DNA from: an uncultured Chloroflexia bacterium
Lineage (GTDB): Bacteria; Chloroflexota; Limnocylindria; Limnocylindrales; CSP1-4
Length of the DNA stretch: 64,000 nt
NCBI GenBank assembly: GCA_963734535.1
Contig: CAVTHS010000003.1
Coordinates: forward strand, 160,001-224,000
Direction of reading: 5' to 3'
The notes beneath the pieces were generated by a model. That model was not told where the DNA came from. It saw nothing but the letters and a program-made list of their open reading frames with translations, and did not search any database. A program made the translations under genes and the position numbers. Positions 40,002 through 51,673 of the stretch are shown here, piece by piece; the first letter of the stretch is position 1; every line of letters starts with the position of its first letter.

Positions 40002-41177
40002 ATGTCCGCCAAGATCCTCGTTGTTGACGACGACCCGAACGTCCAGCGCCTCCTGAGCTTCACGCTCAAGCAGGAAGGCTACGAGGTCGTCGTGGCCGGC
40101 GACGGTGCCGAGGGCTTCAAGCTCTGGGCCCAGGACCCGCCCGCCCTCGTCCTGCTCGACGTGATGCTCCCGAAGCTCGACGGCTACCAGGTGGCCGCCA
40201 AGATCCGGGCAGAGGAGGGGACCTCGGGCCACGTCCCGATCATCATGCTCACCGCCGAGAGCGAGGTGGAGCAGAAGATCCGCGGCCTCCGCGCCGGGGC
40301 GGACGACTACCTGGTCAAGCCATTCCACCCGGCCGAGCTCCTCGCCCGGATCAAGAGCCTCCTCGCGAGGTTCGCGCCGCGCGACATGCTCGTCGGCCGT
40401 CCGCCGCTCGGGCGCGTCCTCGCCTTCTACGGCGCAAAGGGCGGCGTGGGGACCACGACGATCGCGATCAACACGGCGATCGCCCTCCATCGCGAGCTGG
40501 GCCGCAAGGTGTGCCTGGTCGACGCGAACCTCCAGTTCGGCGATCACCGCGTGTTCCTCGACCTCGGCCTCGATCGCAAGAGCATCGTCGACGTCGTCAC
40601 TGCCCCGTCGATCGACGCGGACCTCTTCCGCAACGTCGTCGTCAAGCACGACTCCGGGATCGACCTCCTGCTCGCGCCGCCATCGCCCGAGACGGCCGAG
40701 CTCGTCACGAAGGAGCACCTCGCGCATATCCTCGAGACGCTGCGCGGCCTCTACGACTACATCGTCGTCGACGTCGACAAGCGCCTCGATGACACGAACC
40801 TCGGCATCTTCGATGCTGCCGATACCCTCTTCGTGGTCATGACCGCGGACCTCTCGTGCCTCAAGAACGTGCGCCTCGTCCTCGAGACGCTGGGTCACAT
40901 CGGCTACGCCGACGACCGCGTGAAGCTGGTCCTCAACCGGTCGAACGCGTTCACGGGAATCAACGTCAAGAACGCCGAGGGCGCCCTGAAGCGCACGATC
41001 GACCACCTCGTCATCAACGAGTACCGTGGCGCGATCAGCGCCCTCAACTCGGGCGCGCCGGTCATGTTCACGAAGGCCGACTCACCGCTCGGCCGCTCCT
41101 TCCACGACTTTGCCCGCGCGATCGAGAAGCAGCCGCGCGCGGCGACGGGAAGCGCGCTGGTCGCACCGGCCCGCTGA
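40002..41177 (+). CDS. Response-regulator REC + MinD/ParA ATPase (CpaE-like), second copy
   Basis: ILVVDDD, LLDVMLP, MLTA, YLVKPF; KGGVGTTT, LQFGD, VLNR. Confidence 0.87.
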   Translation: MSAKILVVDDDPNVQRLLSFTLKQEGYEVVVAGDGAEGFKLWAQDPPALVLLDVMLPKLDGYQVAAKIRAEEGTSGHVPIIMLTAESEVEQKIRGLRAGADDYLVKPFHPAELLARIKSLLARFAPRDMLVGRPPLGRVLAFYGAKGGVGTTTIAINTAIALHRELGRKVCLVDANLQFGDHRVFLDLGLDRKSIVDVVTAPSIDADLFRNVVVKHDSGIDLLLAPPSPETAELVTKEHLAHILETLRGLYDYIVVDVDKRLDDTNLGIFDAADTLFVVMTADLSCLKNVRLVLETLGHIGYADDRVKLVLNRSNAFTGINVKNAEGALKRTIDHLVINEYRGAISALNSGAPVMFTKADSPLGRSFHDFARAIEKQPRAATGSALVAPAR

Positions 41178-41289
41178 CCTCACGGTCGGGATTGCCCGCG
41201 CACCCCCAGGCACCGGCGGGAGCCCGTCGGTAAGTCCGAGTGAAGCGGCGGGTGGCCGCGGGGTGAGACCGCGCGCCTAGGGTGGCTCC

Positions 41290-42845
41290 ATGCTCGCCAC
41301 CGTGCTCGCCGCCACGCTTCGCGGGCTCGAGGGCCGCCCGGTCCGCGTCGAGGTGGACGTGGCGCCCGGACTTGCCCGGCTTCACCATCGTCGGCCTCGC
41401 GGACGCGGCGCTGCGAGAGTCTCGCGAGCGGGTTCGCGGTGCGCTCCGGAATGCCGGCTTCGTCCATCCGCCCCGCCGCATCACGGTGAACCTCGCCCCG
41501 GCGGACGTCCCCAAGGCGGGCTCCGCCCTGGATCTCGGAATCGCGATCGCGATCCTCGTCGGCTCCGAGCAGCTTCGCCCATCCGGTCGCTGGGCGATGC
41601 TCGGCGAGCTGGGGCTCGGGGGCGAGGTCCGGCCGGTTCCGGGTCTGCTGCCCATGATCGCGGCGCTCGCGCGGCGCGGAGCTGGACGCGTGGTGGTGCC
41701 GGCGGACGCGCTCGACGAGGCCCGCCTCGTGCCGGGGATCGAGGCGCTGCCGGCCGCGTCGCTCGGGCAGGCGGTGGAGCTCGTCCGCGGGCGGCGGGTG
41801 CGCGGCCGCGGGCCGATGACCCGGGCGGAGCTGATCCCCGACGAGGCGGAGCGGCAGCCCCCGACGCCGTCCGAGGATGATGCCTGGCCGGACCTCGCCG
41901 ACGTCCGCGGCCAGGCCGAGGCGCGCCGCGCGCTCGAGATCGCGCTCTCCGGTGGCCACGCGCTGCTCATGATCGGGGCGCCGGGATCGGGCAAGACCCT
42001 GCTCGCACGGACCATTCCCGGGCTTCTTCCGCCGCTCGATCCGGCGGAGGCACACGAGGCGACGGTGATCGCCTCGGTGGCCGGGGAGGGACCCGTCCGA
42101 CGCCTCGTGACGAAGCGGCCGTTCCGGGCGCCGCATCACACGGCCTCCTACGCGGCGCTCGTGGGCGGAGGGCCCGCGGCTGGCGCCGGGTGAGGTGACC
42201 CGGGCCCACCACGGCGTGCTTTTCCTCGACGAGCTGCCCGAGTTCGACCGGGCCGCGCGCGAGGCGCTGCGCCAGCCGCTCGAGGAGGGACGGATCGCCA
42301 TCGCGCGGGTGGGCGGGGCGGTCGAGATGCCGGCCCGTTTCCAGCTCGTTGCCGCCATGAACCCGTGCCCGTGCGGGTGGGCCGGCGACCCTTCCGGGCG
42401 CTGCACCTGCCCCCCTGGCCTGCCGGACCGGTACGCGGCACGGATCTCCGGGCCCTTCCGGGACCGGCTCGACCTCTGGGTCGGTTTGCCGCGCGTGGCG
42501 CCCGCGGCGCTCCTGTCCCGCGGGGAGGGCGAGGCATCGGCGCCGGTGGCTGCGCGGGTCGCGGCGGTCCATGCGCACCAGCTCGCGGCGCGCGGCCGCC
42601 TCGCCGGCCGCCTCACCGGTCGGGCGCTCCGCGCCGCATGCCTGCTGGACGTGAGCGCGGAGCGAACCGCGATCCGGCTGGCCGACGCGGCCGGCCTGAC
42701 GGCACGCGCCACCGAGCGCCTGCTTCGCGTCGCCCGCACGATCGCCGACCTCGACTCCGCTGAGCGAGTTGCCGTCCGCCACCTCGAAGAGGCCGCGCGA
42801 TACCGGGTCCCGGCCACTGCCGCGGCCGCCGCGCGGGCCGGCTGA
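41290..42845 (+). CDS. comM: ComM/YifB Mg-chelatase-like AAA ATPase; two apparent +1 frameshifts (~41372, ~42174)
   Basis: VEVD..PG, IVGLAD..RESRERVR, NLAPAD, GAPGSGKT, PFRAPHH, GVLFLDE, AMNPCPCG, RVARTIADL spread over three frames. Confidence 0.88.
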
Positions 42846-42846
42846 C

Positions 42847-44278
42847 GTGCTCGGGGTCGGGCGCGACGGGGCGCGCGGCGAGTGGCGCGCCGGTGCCCCG
42901 GACGCTGGGACCGGAAGCGGTCCGAGAGGACACGTTGACGCGTCCGGCGGCTCCCAGGCGACGTGGCCGGCACCGGCGGTCCCGTCGAGCGCTCGTCCTC
43001 GACCGCCGGCCCCGACCGCCGGAGGCCTCTCGCTCGACGAGGTCGATGCCTGGGCGGTGCTCGTCGCTGTCGACGGGATCGGACCGGCGACGCTCGCCTC
43101 GCTGCTGGCGGCGCTCGGCAGCGGCCGGGCGGTGCTCGCGACGGCCGCGGGACCGGCCGGTCCGCGGCGCCTGGCGGAGGCGGTCGCGCGCCGCGGGGGG
43201 CGCCTGGACGTCGCGCTCGGGCGCGCCATCGCCGATGCGGCCATGCAGGCGCCGGTCACCGTCGCGCGCGTGCGGGCGCTCGGGATCGAGGTTCTCACCA
43301 TCGAGTCCCCCGACTACCCCGGCCGGCTCCGGCTCCTGGACCTGCCGCCGCCGGTGCTGTTCGTCCAGGGCTCGCTCGCGGCTCTCGATCCGGCGCAGTC
43401 GGTCGCCATCGTCGGCACCCGGCGGGCCACCGAACGCGGGCGGCGGATCGCCGGCGCGATCGGCGGTGCGGTCTCGACTGCCGGTGCGGTCGTCGTGTCG
43501 GGCCTCGCGGTCGGCATAGACGGCGCCGCGCATGCCGCCGCGGTCGCCTGTGGCGGTCGAACCGTGGCCGTCCTCGGCTCGGGTCACCAGCGACTCTACC
43601 CGCGGGCGCACGAGCACCTCGCCGACCGGATCGTGGCTGGGGGCGGCACGGTGATCTCCGAGCTCGCGCCGGACGTCAGCGCCGTCCCGGGAACCTTCCC
43701 GCGACGAAACCGGGTCATCAGCGGCCTCGCCGACGCGACCGTCATCGTCGAGGCGGGGGAGCGGAGCGGCGCGCTCATCACCGCGAGCTGGACGCTCGAG
43801 CAGGGACGCGAGTGCTTCGTCGTTCCCGGGCCGATCGATGCCGAGCAGAGCGTCGGCTGCAACCGCCTGCTGCGGCTCTACCCGGGCCAGGCGCGGGCAG
43901 TGCCGAGCGTCGGCGGAGCTGCTCGAGGACCTGGGCCTCGCGGGGGCGACCGCCGCGCCCGCACCGGTCGGGCGCCTGCTGCGCGGCGGGCGTGCGGTCG
44001 GGCCGGATCCCGGGGCGATCCTGGCCGGCCTCGGCGCTGCGGAGGCGGCCGTCGCCCGGGCGCTTCTGCCCCGCGCCGCGACGCTCGAGGAGCTGGTCGA
44101 CGCCACCGGCTACGCGCCCGCGACCATTCTCGCGGTGCTCACCCGCCTGGAGGGCGATGGCCTGGTCGTCGCGGCGCTCGGACGGTACGGGCCGGGCGGC
44201 GCGCTTGCGGCAACGACGCCGCAGCGTCGGCGAGAACGCACGCCGGGGGGCGCCGCCGTGGTGCGCAACGGTTCCTGA
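42847..44278 (+). CDS. dprA: DNA processing protein DprA; apparent +1 frameshift near 43912
   Basis: PPPVLF, AIVGTR, VSGLAVGID..AH, FPRRNRVISGL, SGALITA, VPG, GCNRL; winged-helix tail in the next frame; start uncertain. Confidence 0.88.
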
Positions 44279-44432
44279 ATCGTCGGGGATGCGTGCACGC
44301 AGCCAGGGCGCGATCCGGGATCCGGTTGCCCCTGCTCGACGGCCGGTGGTATGGTGCAGGCCGACCGTGGGGGAGAGCGAGCGGGGCACGGCCCCTCGCG
44401 CACGGCACCCGACCCGCAGCGAGGAGCGTCTA

Positions 44433-46163
44433 TTGCGGAAGATCGCGGCCGCGATCCTGGCCGTTCCCGTGTTCGTGGCGCTCTACCTGCCGGTCATGCG
44501 CCGGCGCAGCGTCGCGATCCGGGCGGGACTTGCCGCCGGCGCAGGCCTGCTGGTGCTCGCCGCTGCGGTGGGAACCCTGCCCCGCGCCGCCTCGGCACTT
44601 CCTCCGGCGACGGCCGGCCCCGTCGCTGCCGAGCGTTTCGGCCCGAACGTCGAGTCGCGCCAGGCGCTCGACGGAGCCGTGACCTTCGAGTTCGCCGCGC
44701 CGATGGACGAGGCGAGCGTCGCGGCAGCGCTCACCATCGACCCGCAGACGCCCCTGAACCTTGCCTGGCTCGACGGCGGCCGGCGCCTGCTGGTCACCTC
44801 GCGGAGCGCATGGGCGCCCGAGACCTACTACACGCTCACGATCGCGTCGTCGGCCCGCAACGCCGCGGGCGAGACACTGAGCGATCCGCTCCGGACCGCC
44901 TTCTACACGCGCGGTCCCACCGGTGGCCGCATCGTGGCGACGGGATCGCTCGCGAATGGACGGGTCTCGCCGGACACGGCGTTCATCGTCGCCTTCGATC
45001 GCCCCGTCGACACGGCGGCCGCCCGCGCCGCCTTCCGGATCGATCCACCCGTCGCGGGTGAGCTCCAGTCCGACAACGCCGTCGGCCCGACCGAGGGCCT
45101 GACATTCATCCCGGCCGACGGGCTTGCCGCGGGGACGAAGTACACGATCGCGATGGCGGTCGGGCTCGTCGACACCGACGGGGCGCCGCTCGCGGCGATC
45201 TCGGCACTCGCGGTCGAGACGATCGTGACGCCGGCCGTGGTCCGCTTCCGCCCGCGCGCCGGCACAGACGAGATCGCGCGGGACGCGGACATCTCGGTCC
45301 GCTTCACGCGCTCGATGGAGCGGGCGGCCACGCAGCGGGCCTTCGTCGTCTCGGTCGGGGGGAAGCAGCTGGCCGGCGACTATCACTGGGCCGAGGACGA
45401 CACCGTCGTCATCTTCAACCCGCGGGACCCGTTGCCCTGGGATACCGACGTGACGATGTCGATCACGCGCGACGCCGTCGGCGCCGACGGCATCGCGATC
45501 TCGGGCCCGATCGCCGCACGCTTCACGACGGCTGCGAAGCCGGAGGCAACGCCGACACCGACCCCGGCCCCAACTGCGAAGCCGACGCCCGCCCCTGCCA
45601 GGCCGACCGCCAAGCCGACGTCCGCGCCCGCCAAGCCGGCCCCGAAGCCAACGCCCAAGCCCGCCTCGCCGCCGTCCACCGGCGGGGGCTCGACCGGCGG
45701 CGGCGCATGGGCCGCGGCTGAGCGGTACTTCCTGAGCCTGATGAACTGCACGCGCGGCGGCGGCCTCGTGACCTCGTCGGGGGCGTGCTCGAGCCCCGGC
45801 GGAAGTGGCGTCGCGCCCCTGGTGCTCGACAGCGGGATCAGCAACACGGTCTCCCGCCCGTACGCGAAGCTGCTCGCCACCAGCGGCGTGTGCAGCCACT
45901 TCGACGGCGGGACGCCGGGCGACCGGCTCCGGCGCGCCGGCTACACCAGCTATCGCTGGGGCGAGAACCTCGGCTGCCTCTCGGCCTCGAGCGCGAACGC
46001 GTCGGCGCTCGGCACCCAGCTCTACTTCCAGTCGGAGCGCTCGTGGAGCCCGCCGGGCGGGCACTACGTCAACTTGATGAACCCGGCCTACGACCGGGTC
46101 GGGATCGGCGTCTGGATCTCGGGCGGGCAGATCCGGATCGTGATCGACTTCTACCATCCGTGA
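44433..46163 (+). CDS. Surface/secreted protein: three Ig-like (Big_5-like) repeats, Pro/Thr/Ala/Lys linker, C-terminal CAP domain
   Basis: GAGGAG SD with TTG start; hydrophobic N-terminus; repeats F..PMD, FDRPVD, FTRSME; CAP motifs SH, RLRRAGY..WGENL, GHYVNLMNP.Y..VGIG. Confidence 0.78.
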   Translation: MRKIAAAILAVPVFVALYLPVMRRRSVAIRAGLAAGAGLLVLAAAVGTLPRAASALPPATAGPVAAERFGPNVESRQALDGAVTFEFAAPMDEASVAAALTIDPQTPLNLAWLDGGRRLLVTSRSAWAPETYYTLTIASSARNAAGETLSDPLRTAFYTRGPTGGRIVATGSLANGRVSPDTAFIVAFDRPVDTAAARAAFRIDPPVAGELQSDNAVGPTEGLTFIPADGLAAGTKYTIAMAVGLVDTDGAPLAAISALAVETIVTPAVVRFRPRAGTDEIARDADISVRFTRSMERAATQRAFVVSVGGKQLAGDYHWAEDDTVVIFNPRDPLPWDTDVTMSITRDAVGADGIAISGPIAARFTTAAKPEATPTPTPAPTAKPTPAPARPTAKPTSAPAKPAPKPTPKPASPPSTGGGSTGGGAWAAAERYFLSLMNCTRGGGLVTSSGACSSPGGSGVAPLVLDSGISNTVSRPYAKLLATSGVCSHFDGGTPGDRLRRAGYTSYRWGENLGCLSASSANASALGTQLYFQSERSWSPPGGHYVNLMNPAYDRVGIGVWISGGQIRIVIDFYHP

Positions 46164-46474
46164 TCCGCGACGCGGTCCTCCACCTGATCAACGAGCAGCC
46201 GCTGCTCATCGACATCTTCGAGGCGCCCTCACCGGGCGACAGCGTCCTCGTCGGCACCAACCTGCGGACCATGAGCCGGACGCGCCCGCTCTTCGCCGAA
46301 CACGGCGACTCCACGTTCGTCTTCCCGTACACCCACATCCGGTTCGTGGAGCTGCCCGTCGCGGCCGCGGCCGGTGTCGAGTCGGTGGAGCCCATCATGT
46401 CGATCCAGCTCGCGGAGCCGGAGCCCGAGCTCGAGGTCGACGAGGACTTCCTGCGCCGCGTCCGCGAGCTCTGA
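46160..46474 (+). CDS. Small hypothetical protein
   Basis: GTGA overlap; 104 aa with coding-like codon usage and acidic tail EVDEDFLRRVREL. Confidence 0.7.
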   Translation: MIRDAVLHLINEQPLLIDIFEAPSPGDSVLVGTNLRTMSRTRPLFAEHGDSTFVFPYTHIRFVELPVAAAAGVESVEPIMSIQLAEPEPELEVDEDFLRRVREL

Positions 46475-46624
46475 CGCCGCATCCGCGAGCCCGCGCCCAG
46501 CGCCGTCGCGGGCCGATCGCTGGAGGCGGCGAGCCACTCGCGCCGGTGGGCCGTGGCGCCGCGTGATCGGGGCTTCGACGCCGCGTGATCGGGCGGTGAG
46601 AGCCCGGTGCTAGACTCGCTCGCC

Positions 46625-49111
46625 ATGACCGAGAACCTCGTGATCGTCGAGTCGCCGGCGAAGGCCAAGACGATCGAACGCTACCTCGGGCCGGGGTACA
46701 CCGTGCTCGCCTCGTACGGCCACGTCCGCGACCTGCCGGAGAACCCGGGCAAGGGCCAGCTGGGCGTGGACGTTGAGCATGACTTCGCGCCCGACTACGA
46801 GATCCCCGCCGATCGGCGCCGCCAGGTCACGGCGATCGAGAAGGCGGGCCGTCGCGCGGACCACATCTTCCTCGCCACGGACCTCGACCGCGAGGGCGAG
46901 GCGATCGCCTGGCACGTGGCCGAAGCGGCCCACCTTCCAGCCGACCGGACCAGCCGCGTCACGTTCAGCGAGATCACCGAGCCGGCGATCCGGGCCGCCT
47001 TCGCAGCGCCCCGGGCGATCAACGTGGACCTCGTGGACGCCCAGCAGACCCGTCGGATCGTCGACCGGCTGGTCGGCTACACGCTGAGCCCGCTCATCTC
47101 GCGAAAGGTCCGCTCGGGCCTGTCGGCCGGCCGCGTCCAGTCCGTGGCGGTTCGCCTCGTGGTCGAGCGCGAGCGCGAGATCCGGGCGTTCACGGCGCGC
47201 GAGTACTGGACGATCGAGGCGACGCTCCTGGCGCCGGACGGCACGCCGTTCACGGCCGAGCTCGTACGGATCGCCGGGCACAAGCCGGTGATCGAGGACG
47301 CGGAGACAGCGCGCCTGCACACCGAGGCGCTCCGCGCCAGCCGGCCCCTGGTCCGTGCGGTGTCGGTCAAGACCTCGAAGCGGAGCCCTGCACCGCCGTT
47401 CACGACCTCGACGCTCCAGCAGGAGGCGAGCCGGAAGCTCGGCTTCAGCCCGAAGCGGACGATGTCGGTCGCCCAGCGCCTCTACGAGGGCGTGGAGACG
47501 CCGGACGGGCAGGTCGGGCTGATCACCTACATGCGAACCGATTCCGTGGCGCTCTCGGACCAGGCGCTCGTCGAGGCGCGCGCCGTCATCGAGGCGCGGT
47601 ATGGCCGCCCGTACGTCGTGGCGAAGGGCCGCCGCTACCGGACCACGTCCCGCAATGCACAGGAGGCCCACGAGGCGATCCGGCCGACGTCCCTCGAGCG
47701 GGAGCCGGATGCGCTCGCCGGCTCGCTCGGGCGCGACGAGGCACGTCTCTACCGCCTGATCTGGCAGCGCACCCTGGCGAGCCAGATGACCGAGAAGCAG
47801 CTGGAGACGACCACGGTCGACCTCGCGGACGCCGGCTACGAGCTGCGCGCCTCGGCGACGCGCACGCTCTTCGACGGCTTCAGCCGGGTCTACACGGAGG
47901 GCCGCGACGAGGGCGAGGAGGAAGCCGAGCGAACGCTCCCGCCGCTTGCCGAGGGCGACCCGACGACGGTCGCGGAGGTCGTTCCGACCCAGCACTTCAC
48001 CGAGCCACCGCCTCGCTTCACGGAAGCATCGCTCGTGAAGTCGCTCGAGGAGCACGGCGTCGGACGCCCGTCCACGTACGCGGCGACGCTCTCGACGATC
48101 GTCGACCGGGGCTATGTCACGATCCGGGAGCGCCGGCTCTACCCGGAGCCCGTCGCCGAGATCGTGACCGACCTCCTGGTGGAGCATTTCGGGCGTTACG
48201 TGGATCTCGCGTTCACGGCCCGGATGGAGGAGGAGCTCGACGAGGTGGCGCGCGGGGAGCGCGCCTGGGTGCCGCTGCTCCGGGAGTTCTACGCCCCGCT
48301 GCGGACGCTCGTGGACGAGAAGCGCAAGGAGCTGCGGCGGAAGGACTTCACGACCGAGGCGACCGACGAGGTCTGCTCGCTGGGGCACCCGATGCTGATC
48401 CGGCTGGGCCGCAACGGACGCTTCCTCGCCTGCTCGCTCTACCCGGAGCACAAGGAGTCGCGGCCGCTCCCGGGCGAGGAGCCCGATCTCCCGGCGCTGG
48501 CCGGCGCCGGCGAGCCATGCCCGACCTGCGGTGAGACGGACGGCGGCGTGCTCGCGGTCAAGCGCGGTCGGTTCGGGCCGTTCGTGGGCTGCAACCGCTA
48601 CCCGGACTGCGCCTACATCAGGAAGGACGGCCCGCCGCCGCCTGACCAGCTTCCGTTCGAGGTGCTCTGCCCGCGATGCGGCGAGGGCCATCTCGTGGCT
48701 CGTCGTGCGCGCCGGACGGGGTCCGTCTTCTGGGGCTGCTCGCGCTACCCGAAGTGCGACTTCACGACCTCGCACGAGCCGCTCGGTCCCGTCCACGACG
48801 CCGACGGCGGCCCGGTTGCCCGTCGCGACGACGAGAGCGGCCTCTGCCTGCGATGCGGCGCGACGGTGCCGATTCCGGGCGGGATCGTCCCGGCGCCGGG
48901 GGAGTCGCTCGCCGGCGGTCCGCCGGATCCGGCTGCGCTCGCACGGCCGGGTGGACGCGGCGGACGCCGTCCCGGGGGCGGCACGGGGCGCGGCCGGTCC
49001 GAAGGCGCGGGGAGCGCGCCCCCGCGGCGCGCGCCGGCGGCGGGCACGACGCGCCGACGGCCAGCTGCCACGGGTCGTCCTGCCCGGCGCCCGTCGGCCG
49101 GCGCCGACTGA
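46625..49111 (+). CDS. topA: DNA topoisomerase I
   Basis: [48 protein letters not shown]-terminal Zn ribbons and basic tail. Confidence 0.97.
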   Translation: MTENLVIVESPAKAKTIERYLGPGYTVLASYGHVRDLPENPGKGQLGVDVEHDFAPDYEIPADRRRQVTAIEKAGRRADHIFLATDLDREGEAIAWHVAEAAHLPADRTSRVTFSEITEPAIRAAFAAPRAINVDLVDAQQTRRIVDRLVGYTLSPLISRKVRSGLSAGRVQSVAVRLVVEREREIRAFTAREYWTIEATLLAPDGTPFTAELVRIAGHKPVIEDAETARLHTEALRASRPLVRAVSVKTSKRSPAPPFTTSTLQQEASRKLGFSPKRTMSVAQRLYEGVETPDGQVGLITYMRTDSVALSDQALVEARAVIEARYGRPYVVAKGRRYRTTSRNAQEAHEAIRPTSLEREPDALAGSLGRDEARLYRLIWQRTLASQMTEKQLETTTVDLADAGYELRASATRTLFDGFSRVYTEGRDEGEEEAERTLPPLAEGDPTTVAEVVPTQHFTEPPPRFTEASLVKSLEEHGVGRPSTYAATLSTIVDRGYVTIRERRLYPEPVAEIVTDLLVEHFGRYVDLAFTARMEEELDEVARGERAWVPLLREFYAPLRTLVDEKRKELRRKDFTTEATDEVCSLGHPMLIRLGRNGRFLACSLYPEHKESRPLPGEEPDLPALAGAGEPCPTCGETDGGVLAVKRGRFGPFVGCNRYPDCAYIRKDGPPPPDQLPFEVLCPRCGEGHLVARRARRTGSVFWGCSRYPKCDFTTSHEPLGPVHDADGGPVARRDDESGLCLRCGATVPIPGGIVPAPGESLAGGPPDPAALARPGGRGGRRPGGGTGRGRSEGAGSAPPRRAPAAGTTRRRPAATGRPARRPSAGAD

Positions 49112-49118
49112 GCTGCGG

Positions 49119-50102
49119 GTGGACGAGCCGGCGCCGCTCGAGCGGTTCCTGGCGAGCCTGGCGGCCCGCGACGCGTCGCCACACACGCAGCGCGCCTACC
49201 GGACCGCGGTCGGGACGTACCTCGCCTGGCTCGACGATCGCGGCGTGGCATGGGCTGCGCCGTCGCGCAGCGTGCTGCGCGAATACCTCGGGGAGCTCGG
49301 GTCAGGGCGTGCCCGGTCCTCGGTCGCCCAGCGCCTGGCCGCGATCCGATCGTTCCACCGCTGGGCCCGGCGGGCGGGGCTCGCCGAGGCGGACCCGTGG
49401 GCAGCGCTCGGGACGCCGCGCCGCCCTCGCCGGCTGCCCCCGGTCCTCTCGATCGCCGACGTGGAGCGCGCCGTCGCCTCCGCCGGCGACGAACAACCGG
49501 CGGGCTCGAGGGGCGCGTCCGCGGTCGGGCGCGCCCTCGCCCTGCGCGACGTGGCGATCGTCGAGACGGCCTACGCGGCCGGGCTCCGGATCGCCGAGCT
49601 CGCCGGCCTGACCCTCGACAGCCTCGACCTGGGCCGCGGCGAGCTGCGGGTCCTCGGCAAGGGCCGGAAGGAGCGCGCGGGGCTGCTCGGGAGGCCAGCG
49701 CGGGCGGCGCTCGCCGGGTACCTCGCCGAGGGCCGTCCCGCCCTGCTGGGGCGGGCGCGGCCCGGCGCCGCCCCGGATGCCGTCTTCCTCAACGCGCGCG
49801 GTGGTCCGCTCGGCGAGCGCGGGATGCGCTATCGCCTGGATGCCGTGTTCGTGCGCGCCGGCAGTCCCGAGGGAACGCATCCGCACACGCTGCGCCACTC
49901 GTTCGCCACGCACCTGCTCGACGGCGGCGCCGACCTGCGAGTCGTGCAGGAGCTCCTGGGCCACGCGAGCCTGGCCACGACGCAGGTCTACACGCACGTC
50001 TCGCCGGCGCGCCTCCGCGCCGCCTATGCCGGCGCCCACCCGCGGGCGCACGCCACCGGCACCGGCACCGCACCGGCCGACGGGACGCCCCGACCCCGGT
50101 GA
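49119..50102 (+). CDS. xerC: Tyrosine recombinase XerC/XerD
   Basis: [45 protein letters not shown]; conserved topA-xerC order. Confidence 0.88.
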   Translation: MDEPAPLERFLASLAARDASPHTQRAYRTAVGTYLAWLDDRGVAWAAPSRSVLREYLGELGSGRARSSVAQRLAAIRSFHRWARRAGLAEADPWAALGTPRRPRRLPPVLSIADVERAVASAGDEQPAGSRGASAVGRALALRDVAIVETAYAAGLRIAELAGLTLDSLDLGRGELRVLGKGRKERAGLLGRPARAALAGYLAEGRPALLGRARPGAAPDAVFLNARGGPLGERGMRYRLDAVFVRAGSPEGTHPHTLRHSFATHLLDGGADLRVVQELLGHASLATTQVYTHVSPARLRAAYAGAHPRAHATGTGTAPADGTPRPR

Positions 50103-51673
50103 CATCCGGCCGCGACCTCGTCCGCGCCGGCCTGCTGGTGACCGGCGCCTACTTCGTCTCGCGGGTGCTGGGCTGGGTCCGCCTCGTGGTGATCGGGACC
50201 ACGTTCGGGATCCAGGGCGCCCTCGACCCCTTCTTCGCGGCGTTCCGGATCCCGGACATGATCTTCCAGCTCGTGGCGGCCGGCGCGCTTGCCTCGGCGC
50301 TCATTCCGACAATCGCGACGCTCATCGCCCGCAACGAGGAGGATCGAGCGTGGCGCGTGGTGTCCACGGTCACGAACCTGATGCTCGCCGGGCTGGCGAT
50401 CCTCGCCGGGTTGCTCTTCGTCTTCGCCCCGGCCGTGGTCCCGGCGATCACGCCCGGGTTCGACGCCGCCCAGATCGCGGCGACTGTCGACATGACCCGC
50501 GTCATGCTCCTCAGCCCGATCTTCCTCGCCCTCGGGTCGGTCGCGACCAGCGTGCTGCAGGCGCGGGGGCGGTTCGTCGCGTCGGTCCTCGCCCCGATCG
50601 TCTACAACCTCGCGATCATCGGCGGCGCGCTTTTCCTGGCGCCGTCGATGGGGGTCATGGGCGTGGCGGTCGGCGTGGTGGCCGGAAGCGTGCTCCACCT
50701 GGCGATTCAGCTCTACCCGGTCCTGGGACCGACGCGCTTCCGGTATCACCCACGCGTCGACATGGCCGACCCCGAGGCCCGGACCACGATCCTTCTGCTG
50801 GTGCCGCGAGCGATCGGCCTGGGCGGCGCCCAGCTTCAGCTCCTCGCCGCCACCACGATCGCCTCGACGCTCGCCGCAGGCTCGATCAGCGCCTTCACCA
50901 TCGCGTTCACCGTCTTCCAGATCCCGATCGGGACGCTCGGCGTGCCGCTGGGCATCGTCGCCCTTCCGGCGCTGAGCGAGCGGCTCGCCTCGGGCGCCGT
51001 CGGGGACTTCGTCTCGCTGCTCGGCCGGTCCCTGCGGGTGATGCTCTTCGCGATGCTGCCGATCGCGGTCGTCGCCGCGGTCGCCGCCGGGCCGATCGTC
51101 ACGATCCTGTTCGGCTACGGCAAGGTGGACGCGGCCGGGATCGAGGTCACGGCGCGAGCGCTCGTCGCGTTCCTCTTCGCGCTGCCCTCCGAGACGGTCA
51201 TCGTCCTGCTGGCCCGGGCCTTCTACGCGGCTCGGGACACGCGCACCCCGGTCGCGGCGGCGCTCCTCGCCGTGGCCCTCAGCATCGTGATCTCGATCGC
51301 GCTTGCGCCCGCGCTCGGCGTCGTCGGCCTCGCGCTCGGGATCGCGATCGCGTCGTGGCTGGAGGCCGTCATCCTGCTGATCCGGCTCGACCACCGGCTG
51401 CCGACGCTCGACGTGGCGGGAATCACCGGGGGAGGGACGCTCGCCGCCGCCTGCTCGGCCGCGGCCGGCGCCGGGGCATGGCTGGTGCTCGAGGCGGGAC
51501 GGCTCGTGCTGGGTCCCGCGCCCGGTAAGATCGGGATCGCGGGAGAGCTCGTGGTCGTCGGCCTCGTGAGCGTGGGCCTCTACCTCGGCTGCGCGCGGCT
51601 CCTGCGGATCCCGGAGGTCCCAACGATCGTGCGCCTGCTCCGTTCCGCGCTCGGCCGCGGACCGTCCGCGTGA
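50099..51673 (+). CDS. murJ: Lipid II flippase MurJ (MviN)
   Basis: [34 protein letters not shown]; many TM segments. Confidence 0.93.
   Translation: MTSGRDLVRAGLLVTGAYFVSRVLGWVRLVVIGTTFGIQGALDPFFAAFRIPDMIFQLVAAGALASALIPTIATLIARNEEDRAWRVVSTVTNLMLAGLAILAGLLFVFAPAVVPAITPGFDAAQIAATVDMTRVMLLSPIFLALGSVATSVLQARGRFVASVLAPIVYNLAIIGGALFLAPSMGVMGVAVGVVAGSVLHLAIQLYPVLGPTRFRYHPRVDMADPEARTTILLLVPRAIGLGGAQLQLLAATTIASTLAAGSISAFTIAFTVFQIPIGTLGVPLGIVALPALSERLASGAVGDFVSLLGRSLRVMLFAMLPIAVVAAVAAGPIVTILFGYGKVDAAGIEVTARALVAFLFALPSETVIVLLARAFYAARDTRTPVAAALLAVALSIVISIALAPALGVVGLALGIAIASWLEAVILLIRLDHRLPTLDVAGITGGGTLAAACSAAAGAGAWLVLEAGRLVLGPAPGKIGIAGELVVVGLVSVGLYLGCARLLRIPEVPTIVRLLRSALGRGPSA

Noticed and set aside
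42188-42197. TGA readthrough or selenocysteine in comM
   Set aside because: The TGA is off-frame once the +1 indel near 42174 is corrected (PGEVTRAHHG restored)
45540-45680. Repetitive CCGAC/AAGCC DNA
   Set aside because: Explained by the Pro/Thr/Ala/Lys protein linker
28344-49186. Long antisense ORFs (e.g. 28344-31052, 37293-39854, 46610-49186)
   Set aside because: Shadow ORFs expected opposite real genes in high-GC DNA; no recognisable motifs
49119-50102. Tyrosine recombinase as a mobile-element integrase
   Set aside because: XerC-type motifs in the conserved dprA-topA-xerC context; no att sites or cargo seen
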